A DNA stretch of 63,857 nt, the filler included, from Hyphochytrium catenoides (taxonomy: Eukaryota; Protista; Hyphochytriomycota), in the NCBI GenBank assembly GCA_900088475.1. It is 4 parts of 4 records of this genome, joined end to end, with 100 filler letters (N's around TTAATTAATTAA, not from the genome) between each part and the next. Parts side by side here need not be neighbours in the genome. Positions count along the whole stretch, not along the records: positions 1 to 26,932 come from FLMG01002185.1; 3 more parts are not named here. The stretch is one strand, 5' to 3'. The notes beneath the pieces are model-generated. The model saw only the letters and a program-made list of their open reading frames with translations. It was not told the DNA's origin and did no database searches. Shown here piece after piece: positions 12,137-25,600 of the stretch. How positions within the stretch are numbered: position 1 is the stretch's first letter; each line of letters starts with the position of its first letter. The position numbers and the translations under genes were made by a program.

Positions 12137-14537
12137 CTTTACGGTCTGTTGTTAGTATTACGGGGCTCGCCAGCTATAACAAACAGCATGTGGCACTCCT
12201 CCACCATCCCTGACTTTGCTGGTAACTGCAGAGTTCCCTAATAAGCTTGGTGGATGGATGCTCATTGAACTGACATGTCTACTACTATGTCCTAGAGCTA
12301 TTATTATAGAAAGTAAACTGTTGAGATGGCACTGCTGGTCGTTCTTCATAGCAATGGCCTCGAGGCAACAAGTTTTTGTCTTCCTCTTTGACAAAAATAG
12401 TGAAAGCAAGGAAGAATAGTAGTAGGGAGGAGGGGCAGTGGCGACCAAAAGCACAAGAACTCGCTAGGGTCTCCTACTACGAATAGAACGTTGAAGAGGA
12501 AAAGGTAGCATTCTTCTTGTTTGTTGCTTGTAGCTGCTTGTGAACCTTTCTGGGCAACAAAATGAACAAGACCAAAAGGACTGAACAAAGAATAGTTCTA
12601 CTTTATTAGATTAGAAATAGTCCTGGGTAGTCCTCATCATCATGAAGCAGTGTGCGTCAGTGGATCCTACCAGCTGTTCCATCGCTATCATATCGCAAGG
12701 AACAAAGAGCACTAAGGGGAGTGTGGTGGACGATTAGTTCTACCAACGCCATGCAGGTTGTTGGTGGTGGGATGGAAGGAATGAGGTCAGCTGAGTGGCA
12801 GGTAACAGCTAGCAACAGCAGCAGACACCAACATTATCATCCAGGAAGCATCCATCTTATCACCTTTACCTTCCCTTTACCTTCTAGTAGCTACTATCAA
12901 CTATCAGTATTATAAAGCTGGTAAACAACGCTTCTAATAATAGAACTACAGCCCTGCCTGTGCACAGCATCACCTAAGCAATAAACTGTGTAATCGGTCT
13001 GAGTATTGTTGTTTGGACCGAACATGAACCAAGAAACAAGGACAGTCCTTCTGCCGTGTCGGCTCTTGGGCAACACCAATACCAGAGATGTCGACAGCCT
13101 ACATCGTTCGCCCTGTGCCATCACTCACTCCAGCTGAACTTTTAACCTCGCGCCCACCCACCGAGACCATGAAGGTTAACCACAAGACACAACGACAGAT
13201 GTAGCGGTGTGTCAAACCGCCGGTGTTATTCTATAGCTTTATTACACACTTCTTGAGGGTGTCTCTCCATGCATATACACTCTGTTCTGGGGCTTCAGCG
13301 CTTTAGTGACTTTCTCACTCACAACCACATATGCTTTCATCACTAACGCCATCACTTGCCCACCCGTCCTTGGTCACATAGCTGTATAAATATTAGAGGA
13401 GGCGAAGGGGCTACTCTCTCCCACCCACCGCGGCGGAGGTTGCAGCTGGCCAGCATGGAAGAGTGACCCACAGTCGCTGAACACCCTCTCACCCTGCTCC
13501 CACCCACCTACCGATGCCCTTACTGTGCCCCCCACCCTCTTCATGTTCTCTGTCTGTTCCTAGCACGGTGCCCTAGGGAGGCCACATTGTATGGTTCGGC
13601 GTCAGGACGGGTGGGCACGATATTTATTCCTCCTTCTTTCGACTTTCCCTCTTGACGTGAAGAAGGAGCAGGATTCCCTAAGATTTGCCCCAAATTAGGA
13701 TCCCTGACTTCCAACCCATGCCGTCCTGTCTCCTGGTCACCACATAGGGTTCCAATGTCTCTCATCTCTCTTCGACCAGTCTTTTCCTATATGTTTGGGG
13801 CCAGTCTGTCTCTCTCCTGGTCTGTGCTTTTTCCCCGTCTTCTTCACTTATGCGATTGACGGGAACGAAAAAGACAAGACAGAGAAGTCAGCGCCCACCC
13901 ACACCATTTAGTGTTGTATTTTTATTGATTGTGGTTGTGGGACTTCGGGGAGGAAGGTCCTACCACGTCTCTCAAATGTCTAATATAAAGCATGGAGGAA
14001 AGTTCTCGTTCAAAAAACCCTTGTGGACGGGTTCGCTGTGGGGGAGCGAGTCAGCTTCCCTTCCACATCCTCCTTCAGATACCTGGGTCATAATGCTCTA
14101 AAAATCAGCAGAATGGGGGATTGAGTCATTCTACAGGTGTCCGGCTGTTTATTTTTTTTACAGGAAGTGGGGCGTAGAGTAGTGTTAGTGGTACGTTCGA
14201 GGACTCTTATCGGCGAGAAAGTGCCATGTTGACATAGAGGAGTATTCTGTGAGAGATGGTAAATCCGCCCACAAAGCACTAATAGCCAATAAGACAGAGT
14301 GATACAATTGAAAGATAGAGGAGCTCGAGGTAAGGCCTGTTGTTTCTTTAATTGTGAGGGGAGCAGCTCCAAGAACAGAATAGAAAAGGTTGGAAAAGAG
14401 AGTCAGGCAACCACAAGTCAGAGCGACAGTTTGCGAAAGACAGAGCGAGGCCAAAGAGAGAGTATCTCTACTCTATTGGCATGAGGGAACATATTTCGGA
14501 GACCAAGAGATTGACGCGTCCTGGTAGGGAGCAGAGG

Positions 14538-14706
14538 AGACTGATAGTCCAAACTGAAAGAGAGAGANNNNNNNNNNNNNNNNNNNNNNNNNNNNNNNNN
14601 NNNNNNNNNGAGAGAGAGAGAGAGAGGGACAAGAGAGGGACGTGGAGAAAGAGAGAAAGAGAGAACTCGAGAGAAGAGAAAGAACAAATAAACATACAGT
14701 AGAAAA

Positions 14707-14745
<39 letters not shown>

Positions 14746-15285
14746 AACCTCGCTGGCTGTTCCTTAGACTGCCGTGCTGGTTCGTTGGTTGTGATGCAGT
14801 GTTCGGTGATGGGTAGGCCGAGAGCGAGGGGAGAGAGAGGAGCTACAGGTACGAGAATCTTAGGCAGTTCGGGGCTGTCGGCGCTTTTCGTTGCTACGTT
14901 CTCTTTGGAACCTCTCCCTGTCTCTCTCTTGCCCCCCAACCTCGCTCTGTCTCGTGGGCTCGACGTGTCTCGTGGGCGGAGTCTTTCTCCGTTCTCTAGT
15001 CTTTGGCTATGATAATGCCGTGGTTCTATGGGAATCTGTCTCGATCTTTATGTTGTTCTCTCTGCTTACCTTTTCCGCAGTTCTATCTTTCTCTTGTCCC
15101 TGCCCTCTTCTCTCTCTCCCTCTGTCTGTCTCTCTTAGGACTCTTGCCCCAATATCTCTTCCATGGCTATCCCTTTGTCAAGCTTTCTCTTCCCTTGTCT
15201 CTTTCTCTCAGTTTGAAGCACCTGAACCGTTCTCTTTCTTTCTCTCTCTCTCTCTCTCTCCTCTTCCTCGTCTCTTCTCTCTTCT
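14538..15285. repeat. (GA)n block followed by (TC)n block upstream of the SHAQKYF MYB gene; includes an N gap
   Basis: GA runs at 14538-14745 and TC runs at about 15090-15285. Confidence 0.85.
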
Positions 15286-17000
15286 GCGGCCTGCACGGTT
15301 GTGTCATCAGCTCCGGGCGAACGAGCTGGACACTGAAACGCTGTGGATCGTTGGAAAGTGGGAAGGAGCCACTGATTGTTGAGCGGCGGGAAGTCGTCTG
15401 GCAGCTGAAGCAGCAAGCAGGACGACGACGAAAGAACAGTTGGCGTCGAGCAGGAGGAAAGACAGCCAAGAAGAGAAGAAGAGGAGAGAAGGAGAAAGGT
15501 TGACGGGAGAGAGGGGCAAAGAGGCTGAAAAAGAGAAAGAGAAAGGCGATATAAAAACCCCGCAGGCAGGTTCTTCGGAACTCAGGAAGCTGGGATCCTC
15601 TTCTTCTTCTCCATCCTACATCCGTGCTGCTTGGTTGCTTGGACACCGGCCGACCAAAGAGAGAGCTCATTAGCTGTCACAATAGCCTTATCCGATCTTC
15701 CTTCCCCTATTATCCTGGTCTACCTTTTACCGGTCATGACCTAGAAGCCAACGGTCGGCTGTGCTCCTGAAAGAAAGCCTACGTCTATCTTAGCTGCTTT
15801 CCTATCTAGTCCCCAACGATCTATGATGAGACGCTCAACCCAGCCAATAATTGGTCACGATCATCCTAACACTTAGCTAGCCACTAAACCGAACGAGCAG
15901 GTTCAGCAAGCCCTCGTTGTCGTCCGTGCTGCCACTTACTGGCGAGCTGGCGCCGTCCTTCTTACTTGCCGCCACGAGCAGCTGTCTCCTCCTCGTGGCG
16001 CCCAACAACAGAAACCTTTGCTCTCCCTCTCGGTACTCTTCTGTCTCGCGTACTCTCTAACTCTTGCTGCTATCTTCCTGTTCATCCCGTCTAATAAGTT
16101 CTCCACTTACGCTCTCTTTCATCCCTCTCTACTCTTTTCCTTCGCCCCTTTCCCAGCTGCAGCTATTCCATAGCTGTGGGCTATTATCAGCTTCTGAAGC
16201 GGTGGAGAGAGCTTTCCTTGCCTGTCCCTTGACTTCGTATCTCATCTTTCTCTCCACATTCCCTGCCAACATATATCCCCTCGCCCCAAGAGGCTCCTGG
16301 AACGATCAACAAGCTCTAGTTGTCGATTCCTGAGCTCTGAACCGTCGGATGTAAGCAGCCACTCTGAAGCTCGCAATTGAGAAAGAAGAGATCAACACTG
16401 GCTGCAGCCTTCGCCTAAAAATTTCTTCTTCACGATTGTCCAAGAAGTGGCAGGAGAAAGAAAAGATAGACGCCTGAGACTGCTAATGCTCAGATCTGTG
16501 CGGAGAGCCAATATTATTCTGTCGGCACACGAGGAAAGCAGGAATATGACTGGTCTGGGAGCTCAACCACGCCCCTGATTATTGAGGAGGACCATGAGAA
16601 GGTGAGCTAGCCCTTCAATCGTCTTCGTTATCCTAACTTTTTCCTTGGCCGGCGCCGCCTATTTTACTGCTTATCCTTCAAAATTCCTGGCCAGGATATG
16701 CCAGGTCTCTCTACTGCGATTCACCTCATCACAATGCAATGAGTGTCGGGGCAGCCCCTTACGGTCTCCCTCCCGCTTGTCCCTTCATCACCCGATGCCT
16801 CCCGTATTAGCCCTTAGACTTACAAAGTGAAGAAGGGCAAAGGAGGTAACACGAGCAGGAGGGATATGCCCTAGCAGCTAGCGCATTTGCGTGGTCTGCA
16901 TCAGGTCTTGGAAGTCCTTGCAGTTTAAAAGCTCCAGAGGAACTTTCTCCTTTCTGTGTCCTTTGAGTCATAGCCGGACGGCCTTGGCATTGTCAGAGCT

Positions 17001-18403
17001 ATGTCGGCAGAAGATTTGTTTATTTCACATCGCTCCCGAGACAGGCTCGGGAGCTACTCCAGTGGGCGGCCGAGTGCCGAGCTCGACAGCTCGGAGGGAG
17101 AGTACGGCAAGCCGCACCCCATGGAATACTATGAAGACCGGCGGCGATCGCAGAGCTATGCTTATGACAGGAACAGTAACGCTCGCATTGAGCTTCCTGG
17201 TCTACACATTAATAGTTCCAGATCATATGGATCGGGGCCTGGCGCAGACGTCGGTGTTAACCCTAATAGCCTCCGCCCCGCCACTGAGCGCAGTAGAGGC
17301 CCCTCTGCTGCCTTGATAGAGAGAGATCTCGGTCCAGAATTTGACTCTCAGCCGCCGTCTAGCTCGAGCGTCGGAGAGCTGGATATCCAGTCAATCTTAG
17401 AGAGGGTGAAGGAGCCCGTGAACAGGGAGCAGTCAGCCGAGGGCAAGTGGACAGAAGAGGAACATGAAAAGTTTCTACACGGCATGAGGTAGGAACCGAT
17501 GCTTCAAGAACGGGTGGACTTAGTACGCTCCACTCCCGCCCCCATGGCCTCTCTCTCTCGCTCTCTCGCTCTCGTGCGTCACATTAATCCTTATATCGCT
17601 GACTTCCCACTTAACCGCTTGTCTATCTACTGTCCTCATTTCTTTCTCTCTCGCTCTCCCTCTCTAACTACTCAACCCTATCTATCTATCTCTGTGGCCC
17701 TTCTCTGTCTCTCTAGTTGCGTGGTGCTGTCACTCTAGATATGTGTGACCCTCACTTTTGTATCTATCTCTTGGTTCCCTTTGTTCACCTCTTCGTCAAC
17801 TGCCTGTCGCCTCGGGCTGTGCTCCTAGACAAAATCCCAAGCTCTCGTGGAGCCAAATCGCTAGACTTGTGGGGACCAGAACAGTTAAACAGGTTCGTAA
17901 GCTATCAGCTGCGATGGAATATACAGGGATCGGTGACCTTGACAGCTCCCCTTCCATCTTCTTTCTTTGTTTCTCTTTCTGGTCTCGCTTTGCTCTCCTA
18001 TTTCCTTCAACGTCAGGTCCGAACCCACGCGCAGAAGTATTTCCAGAAGCAAGAAAGGAGGAGGCTGCGCATGGAACGGGATCAAGCTTTACTGGCACAA
18101 ATGGAGTTCCGACATGAGCGCTTAGCCTCCTCGTGGCTTGGACCTCAAACTACAGGCTCTGCTTCCCTTCAGACGGTGCCATTTACAAAGCCAGTAAGTA
18201 TATGGTTGCCTCATAAAATATCCCGACGGGTTCCAGATATGCTAAGATTCGTTCTCCCCCGTGTGTAGCAGCAGCAGCAGCCACATATACAGCAGACGGC
18301 GGCCGGGGCTGATGGCTCGCACTTCTTTCAGTGCAGAGTCAAAGGCTGTCGACGGTTTGCCAAGAAGGAAGGGATTTGTCTCAATCACTTCAATCAGAGA
18401 TAG
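17001..18403 (+). CDS. Single-repeat MYB-related (SHAQKYF class) transcription factor with a C-terminal Cx4Cx9Cx2H zinc finger
   Basis: Exons 17001-17488, 17829-17892, 18017-18193 and 18269-18403 give GKWTEEEHEKFLHGMR-QNPKLSWSQIARLVGTRTVKQ-VRTHAQKYFQKQ. The last exon encodes FQCRVKGCRRFAKKEGICLNHF and ends at TAG 18401-3. Confidence 0.92.
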
Positions 18404-19353
18404 AGATAGCCTTCTCCCAGGCGCCGTCCACTCACTCACATCTCTAGGCCAGGGCTAGAGGCCCTTGAAACAGTTATAGAAGCTAGCATCAGTGACAGAC
18501 AACGACCATTTATTTAAACCCGTCAAAGATCTAGAAGCAGGCTCTTCGAGGGTCTGCGTACAAGAGATAACCGCGAAGGACAGAGGCCTTCTGCCAACAC
18601 TGGCTGTGGCCAAACTGCGCCGCGCACCGCCCACCCTCGGCGCAAAAGCGTGACTGCTAGACCAGGCAGTCTTTATGCACAACAGGGCGTATGTTCCTCC
18701 TCCCTTTACCATCAATTTGTAAATGATAGAACCATTGTGATTTCGTTCTTCTCTCCCTCTTTGCCCTAGTGGTGATGACGCACTATGTTCCCATCTCACG
18801 CTGTGGAGGTGGCTATGCAATTAGCAGGATCCTCTCTAGTGCACAGAGACGCCCCAGAGTGTGCCAATCAACGCTGTCACTGTCTTCGTTCCGTAGCTCT
18901 TTAGCTTGCCTTCCTCTCTTACAAGCTCCAGCCTCCTCATTCAACCATCATGATAAAGGAACACCCTGCACTTCTCGCTCTGCTCATGACCCTCCTTGTT
19001 TTCCTCTATTACTGTTCTTTTGGTTCTCTTCCTCGTTTAACTCTCGTTTAGCACAGAGCGGGCTCTATCCTATCCGTTCCTTCAGTATGTACATGGCTCT
19101 TGGATGAGCGAGGATCCGCAGTTGAAGCAGCACAAAGAGCTAGTAGCCCGAATAATATATATGATAGGTATGTATGCTGTCTGCTCCTTAGAGCGATATG
19201 TCGAAAGTTACGCTAGGTAGCTTATAGTACATTGGAGCCTCTCTGGCCTGGATATGCTTGAGAGGACGACCCTCGACGGCGGCAGACAGCTTGGAGCTTA
19301 TAAAATGCTCACCAGCTGCCCTCTCGCAGCCTTTCCCCTTACGCGCTACGCAA

Positions 19354-21175
19354 TCAGACAACACTGACCTGCCCTCTCCCATAAATAGGCCGTGCACGAC
19401 GCGCGAGATGCGCTGATACGCTGTTCTCCAGGTCTGTAGACCCTCGTCGGCCCGCCGGCAGGAGGCTCTCAGTGTGGGAAGCTTGAGCTTGTTCATCATA
19501 TGAACCTATCCTGGCATTCATGGGCTCCCGAGGAGAGATTGTGGAAATGGCCGCCGCTGCCTGGATTTCTCTAGCTGAGAGTTTGCTACCATCAGGCTGA
19601 TGGTGTCGACAAGGCATGTGACTCCTCTTGCCCCTCTTGCAGGACTCATTGGAGCACGAACTGCCACCGACTCCGCCGTGACTGTTGCAGAACCGGCTTC
19701 CACTCGTTGTCTTCTGGCACTTGTCCGCTGCGCAGCGCGTCTCTTTTTCGCGCTCGAGTTCTCCTTCTTCTTCTCGTGCAGCGTGCTGAGGCGCTTTAGG
19801 TGTTTTAGGTTGAGACAGCTGAGCGTGCATCTTACACAGATGACCTTTGCTGCTAGCCATGTTCCTACAGTCTTGGTAGGCGCAGCCTCCGCTACCTCGC
19901 AGGTATGCCGTTAAAGCCGGATAGTGCTGCCCCTGAGGCGTCTCCTGCTCCTTGAATGCACGTTCAGCAGCCTCTGAGAGAAAACCAAGTGGAAGTTGAG
20001 CTTGTGCCTTGTCGGATTGTCCGTCCCCTTGAGCGCCTCTGTACTCTGCAAAGCTCCAGTGTCCGATTTGGGCACCACCTTCATCACTCCAAGCTCTAGG
20101 CGTGAGCCCACTTGCGCTGGTCCAATAGTACTCTGCAGCCTTAGGAGAGGCCATAGAAGACCTTGCCTCATATGGTCCGCGGTAACTTGTGTCCAGCGGA
20201 GCCTGATGCTGCTGTTGTGCACCCTGACGCAACTGGCTTGGATACGCCGCTCCTGTCTGAGCTGTGAGGGCCTGCGGCTGAAATGGAAACTCTTGTTGAG
20301 GAAAGAGGAAGCCTATGGCCAGCGCAGTGTTGGGGTCTGGGGATGTCCGCAGCTTGGACAGCAGTATAGAGTGCACATTGATGGGCGAGAGGTTCTCCAG
20401 AGTGTAGATCAGTCTGTTCCGCTCGTGGTAGAAGTGGTTCACAGTTGCCTCTTGGGGGCTGCTCTCCTTTCCGTATCCTTGACCAGGGTTTACGCGTCTG
20501 CCAGGATCATCCTCTCGTTGTTGGTGAGCCTCTGCAGAGTCCTGCTGACTCTTGCGTCTGCAAGCAGAATGCTGTTAGTGACTAGGCAAGCATGGCAGAT
20601 TTTGAAGGGAAGTTCAAAGACCGGGACGTACTGGGTTGGGTGCTGCTCTTCAGTGGCTTCCTCTTCTTCATAGTCATTGCTCTGTTGATTCTCACTGCCT
20701 CCCTGCCCCGGAGTCATGCCCGCACCCGCGGGTGTCTGACTCTCATTGGGCTGCTTGCTTTTCAGTCTTATGACGCGGCGCATGTTTCTCCTCATAGTAG
20801 AGTACCAATGATTCTTAATGGAGTTGTCGGTTCTGAAGGATGGACAAGGGATAAGCATTAGGCCTTTCTTGGAGCAAGAGCAGCTATCTCCTTGGCTAAG
20901 GAAAGGCCGAGACGACTATTGATTGCTGGCTGCTCATGATGAACAGGGAATGGTTAGGATCAAAGTGCAAGACCTGAAAAGGAGATGGCCAAAAAGATAT
21001 TGAAGATTTGGCCTTACCGTCCGGGCAAGAGTTTGGCTATTTCTGCCCACTTGTTGCCCATCGTCCGCTGGGCCTGATAGATAATCCTCTCCTCCTCTGC
21101 TGACCATGGCTCCTTGTTGATTGATGGGTCCAACTGATTTAGGTATCTGCTCAGCGGCGAANNNNNNNNNNNNNN

Positions 21176-21211
<36 letters not shown>

Positions 21212-21743
21212 AGGAGGGAAAAGAGTTCATGAAGAGGAGAAGCGAGAACATTAAGAGAAGCCACTCGGCAATGGCTGAGGGAAACAAAAGCTACAAGGTT
21301 AGGCCCTGACAAGGCAAGGGAAGTGACCTTCCCTCCATCCAGGGCACGGAAGATGAGAAGAGATAGAACAAAGAGGAATTGAGGGGGTCTTTCGTAGTAG
21401 AAGGGAGAGGCAGCGTGACTTCGTACCTTGCTCTGCACTGTTTGCCTGTTCGCTGTACCCCGATGTTCTCTTTATTGAGCAGCTCAGAGATGACAGACCA
21501 GCGCTTCGTCCCGTACTTCACTACTAGCCGGAGAATCACCTCGTCCTCTTCCTTTGTCCAGCCAATGCGTTCATAGGAGGACATGCTGCGGGACATTGAG
21601 AAGGGCTCTTCCTCGCCTGATTCGCTGCCTATGTCAAAGTTTAGACCATCGTGTTGAAGAGCCAATGACTCTTGCGTGCACGCACCTCCATCATCTCGTT
21701 CTTCCACCTCCTCCTTTGCGTTTGGCTTCTTCGAAACAGGCAT
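19354..21743 (-). CDS. R2R3-type MYB transcription factor with three C-terminal WRKY19-like Cx4Cx9-10Cx2H fingers
   Basis: Exon 21743-21427 has GWTKEEDEVILRLVVKYGTKRWSVIS..RTGKQCRAR; exon 21146-21018 has YLNQLDPSINKEPWSAEEERIIYQAQRTMGNKWAEIAKLLPGR; the exon from 20832 has TDNSIKNHWYSTMRRNMRR. The long last exon contains CAYQDCRNMASSKGHLCKMH, CAADKCQKTTSGSRFCNSHGG and CSNESCKRGKRSHMPCRHH. Start codon and one internal intron are inferred. Confidence 0.92.
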
Positions 21744-22496
21744 CGGAGCGGTCTCTCTAAAGTAGTAGAGCAGCCCTGTCGTGGAAGGAACAAAGATCCC
21801 CTGCCTCTGATTCTCTGAGTATAGCTTAACTCTCCCTTCGTACGACGTAATGTGCAATGTCTTAGAGGCGAGGTAGTCGGGCAGTGCAGGGAAGAGCTTC
21901 AGATAGCATTGAGAGATCTCCGCTTTGAAGCTTTATAAAGATTTAGGAAGGTTGATGGAAGAATCTCAAGATAGATGCGCTATGCTACTCTAAAGTCGGA
22001 AGAGAGACATCATCAGAAAGTTCAAGGGAAGTCAAAGAGAAGGAGGGTGAGGATGCAGGAAGAGAGACAGAGGGCGAGGGAATAGAGAGGGAAAGCCTGG
22101 AGAAAACGAAGTGGAGCCTTCACGAGACAGAGGGCTCGAGAGGACAGAAAGAGTCCAAGAAGCAACGGGTCTTGACAGCTTCCCAAGGCTTCTTGTTGGG
22201 CTCTTCTATGGGGAAGCGAGGAAGAAGCAGGCGGGAAGGAGGAGGAAAGAGAGAGAGGTTGAAGACAAGCAGAGGCAAGAGGCGGAAAGAACCAAAGGAA
22301 CATCAAAAGAAAGAGACGGCCTCGAAGAGAGACAGACAGGAAATAACTTGGTCGATGGCTTTTGAATGCTGGTGAGAGCTGAAGGGGAGCCAAGGAGGAC
22401 GGACCATTCCAATAGGATCATGGTGATGCACGAGACAGAGCGAGGAAGCACGAGACAGAGCGAGAGATCAGAAAGAGAGGGACAGAGCGCTGCCAT

Positions 22497-22573
22497 AAAG
22501 AGAAGAGAGAAAGAGAGAGAGAGAGAAAGAAAGAGAGAGAGAAAGAGAGAGAGAAAGAGAAAAGGCAAGAAAA

Positions 22574-22631
<58 letters not shown>

Positions 22632-22646
22632 GGAGAGAGAGAGAGA
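22497..22646. repeat. (GA)n microsatellite / polypurine tract upstream of the R2R3 MYB
   Basis: Direct reading of GA runs. Confidence 0.9.
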
Positions 22647-25600
22647 CCATAGGTGGTGGGGGTTGTCACTCTCCCAGCACTGCTTCTACTCTTGTCTCTC
22701 CTGTGTCTCTTCGCGGCTTTGCTAGTTCCTAGTTCCTACTCTGCTAACATTTCAAAGCCAACAAAATCAGAGAAAAAGCTGCACAACTACTCCAGAGGAT
22801 GGGTGGGACGGCTGTATATGTTGGAAGGAGGGGCAGTGAACCCACCCACCAAGTACTTCCATGCTGGGGTGAAGTAGTAAGAATCATCTTACATTGGTCT
22901 TGACGGGCATACGTTGTAGTAATAGATAGAGGTCGATTGGTTACTGTGGGGACGCTTCTCCCAACCGACACGATAATAATAGGAAACCGAAAGAAACTGA
23001 CGGCCTTGTCTATCCTGTACTACGGTTAGGAGTAGTAATATCAGTTGTCGAACCGCTAGTCATTCTTTGGTCTGGACGTATAAGGACCTAATCTGAATGT
23101 GACACACCGCGACGGTCGGGACATTAGATACAGCAGTAAATGGCTTCCGCCCGCTGGTGCAACCCTCCAATTGTGTGAGAGTGACTTTTCGATGACAGTT
23201 ACAGAGCTTTTCGAAGCTCCACATTTTGTTGAAAGATTCAAGAGTCGGATCAGGTTTCTTTTGTAACTTTCAACTTCAAAAGGGTACTACTGTACTAGGT
23301 TATGGAGTTGAAGATACTGAATTCTTCCGCGAGGAGAATTGTTTGAAGCTTTCAACTTGACACACTGTCATTCTGAAGTGCATGACGGCCCGTCGATGAT
23401 CGCCTCCAGCGCTGGCGCAAGGAGACAACCACGGGACAAGGAGGATGTCGTGGAGATCATCAGAGTGCGCAGCATCGCAGCATCATCAGGAGTAATAAAC
23501 TGGAGATCGTGAAAGCAGGATAATAATAGAGCGAGGGTGCCGCATTCGAGTTGGTATCTGCTGGTGTGCTGTAAAAAAAGGCTGCAGTGGTAGAAGAAGA
23601 CCGATTCCCTGTTTTGATTCTACCCTAGACCCAAAAAAGCTCAGCAGAACTCTAGCCACGTTTTTGAGGTTGCAGAGATCTCAAAGGTTGGGAGTAGTAG
23701 GTAGGGATGCCATTTCAGGAGCCAGCAGATGATTGATCGATTATCTTCATCACAGGAGCGCGAAGTGCCGTAGTAGTAGCAGCTTATATCTAGACAAGAT
23801 TAAGGAGTACCTTGGTGCCTTGGGCCCTTAGTAGTGTTCATTCCATCAGGAGGAAGGGTTTCTCCACTTACTCTCTCATCATCGTCCGTCTGTGACTCTA
23901 CGCAGTGTGTAATAACATGGCCCTTTCTTGCTTCCGACGGGACATATTTCTGCAGTGACGAGGTTAATGGTAGCCTTTGTCATGCCGTTACGCGCTGTAA
24001 AAGGCTTGATAGCATCGGCTTTATTTACCCTCCTCCGTCCTTCCTCTATACTCAGAATGGTTGGTTGGGTACTAAATAAGTAAGGACTAGAGTGGAGAGG
24101 TGTGAAAACTTGTTGATAGGCAATGGAGAGGAGGAAGCTTGACGGGTTTCGAAACCTGATTGAGTCATCCTTGAGATGCTACGAGCATAGTAAGAACTTA
24201 GATGGCCCATTGTGTACAACAGCAGCGACCTGTTGTAGAAGACGGAAGATGTACATGGATCCTATGTATATATAAGCCAATGGCAACCTGACTCTGTCTG
24301 TCCCATCATCAGGAGCCTCCTCCCAGCCACCCTATTATTGTTGCAAGATCATCACCCCTATAGTCAGTTGCCGCCTGAGCCTGGTGAACTGAAGTGACAT
24401 CAAAATAAGAAGAGAAGAAAAAACCTCATCAATAAGTGTTGATGGTTAAATGGGGAGAAGACGCAGTTGTTGCAAACCCGAGAGTTTGTGTGAAAACTGC
24501 GGTTCGCGGCAGACTGACAGTGACATTCGATCTCGGGAAGACGAGCGTAATTTTCTTACACTAAAATACCTTACTACTTACGATGTTGCGACCGTTGCTG
24601 AAGAGGTTGAAGCTCCCCACTGCTGATCCTCCATCAGAATAATCGGTAGATTGAGCTCGCGCTTCTCCTTCGGCTGAGAAGACCCCTTCTTCTACCCAAC
24701 AACCAGTACTACTCATCAATACCAAGGAGCGAGTGTTAGCTGACAGAAGGATTTAGTATCAGAAGCGAAGAAGGTCAACAAGCTCATAAGAACCAAAAAC
24801 AATTCTCCTGCGTTCCGTTGGTTGTCGCATGCAGAAGAAGAAGAGCTTGAGGTGGGAGCTGAAAAGCCATTTTTTTATATACGGGGTTCACAACAAACAC
24901 ACCGCCATCAGTCTTTTTGCTCGATCACCACTAAGTGCACATAAGGTTCGTTGTTGTTACCACCGACGACGCTATTAGTGGGGAGGATGGTTACAGAAGA
25001 CTAACAGCAACAATGCCAGACAGATCAACAAGGAACAGGTCGATCGGCCAACATCGCTCTCACCACGTCGTGCCAACGCACGCATGCAAATGTCCTACAT
25101 AGCTGTGCTTGAGTTAGTAGTGAAGACTTCAGCCTTTTTTCGGATACTGGATGTAATATGAGAATCTGATGCAGATCTCAAGAGAGAGAGAGAGAGAGAG
25201 AGAAGGTGCTCTCTCTGTACCTTGGCTGGCCAGGCCTCAGACAAGCACCACGCAGAGGAAGACTTCGCGGGACACGCGCAAGTAGCAAAGGGTCTTCTAC
25301 TTCAGAAAGAAGTTTATTAACTGAGATATAGAGGGTAAGAAGAGGGAGCCTCTCTTGCGAGAGAGTCAGTCTACCTGAGAATGCAAAGATAAAGGAGCAA
25401 CATGTTGTAAGAGAGGTAGTGTCAACAGGCTATTCTAATAACATGCGAAGAGAAAGAGAGAAGAAAGGGAAAAGGAAGAGAGCATCCTTCCTCAGAGCCA
25501 TTCGTTGCTGACTCTAGTCGGGACTACCCGTCCTGATAGTGCTCTCAAAGAAAAGTCGGGTCCAGAGCGATAGCAGCCGTCTGAGGAGATATACATATAA

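Noticed and set aside
13200-13900. TGTAGCGG... as an LTR start
   Set aside because: No second copy, matching terminus, PBS/PPT or target-site duplication was found in the window.
14418-15673. Many SLSLSL/ERERER ORFs (also 22022-22725, 26981-27835, 30996-31532, 44284-47095, 60010-60651)
   Set aside because: They are translations of GA/TC microsatellites and pyrimidine-rich introns.
19996-20673. 225-aa plus-strand ORF
   Set aside because: Antisense shadow of the R2R3 MYB exons.
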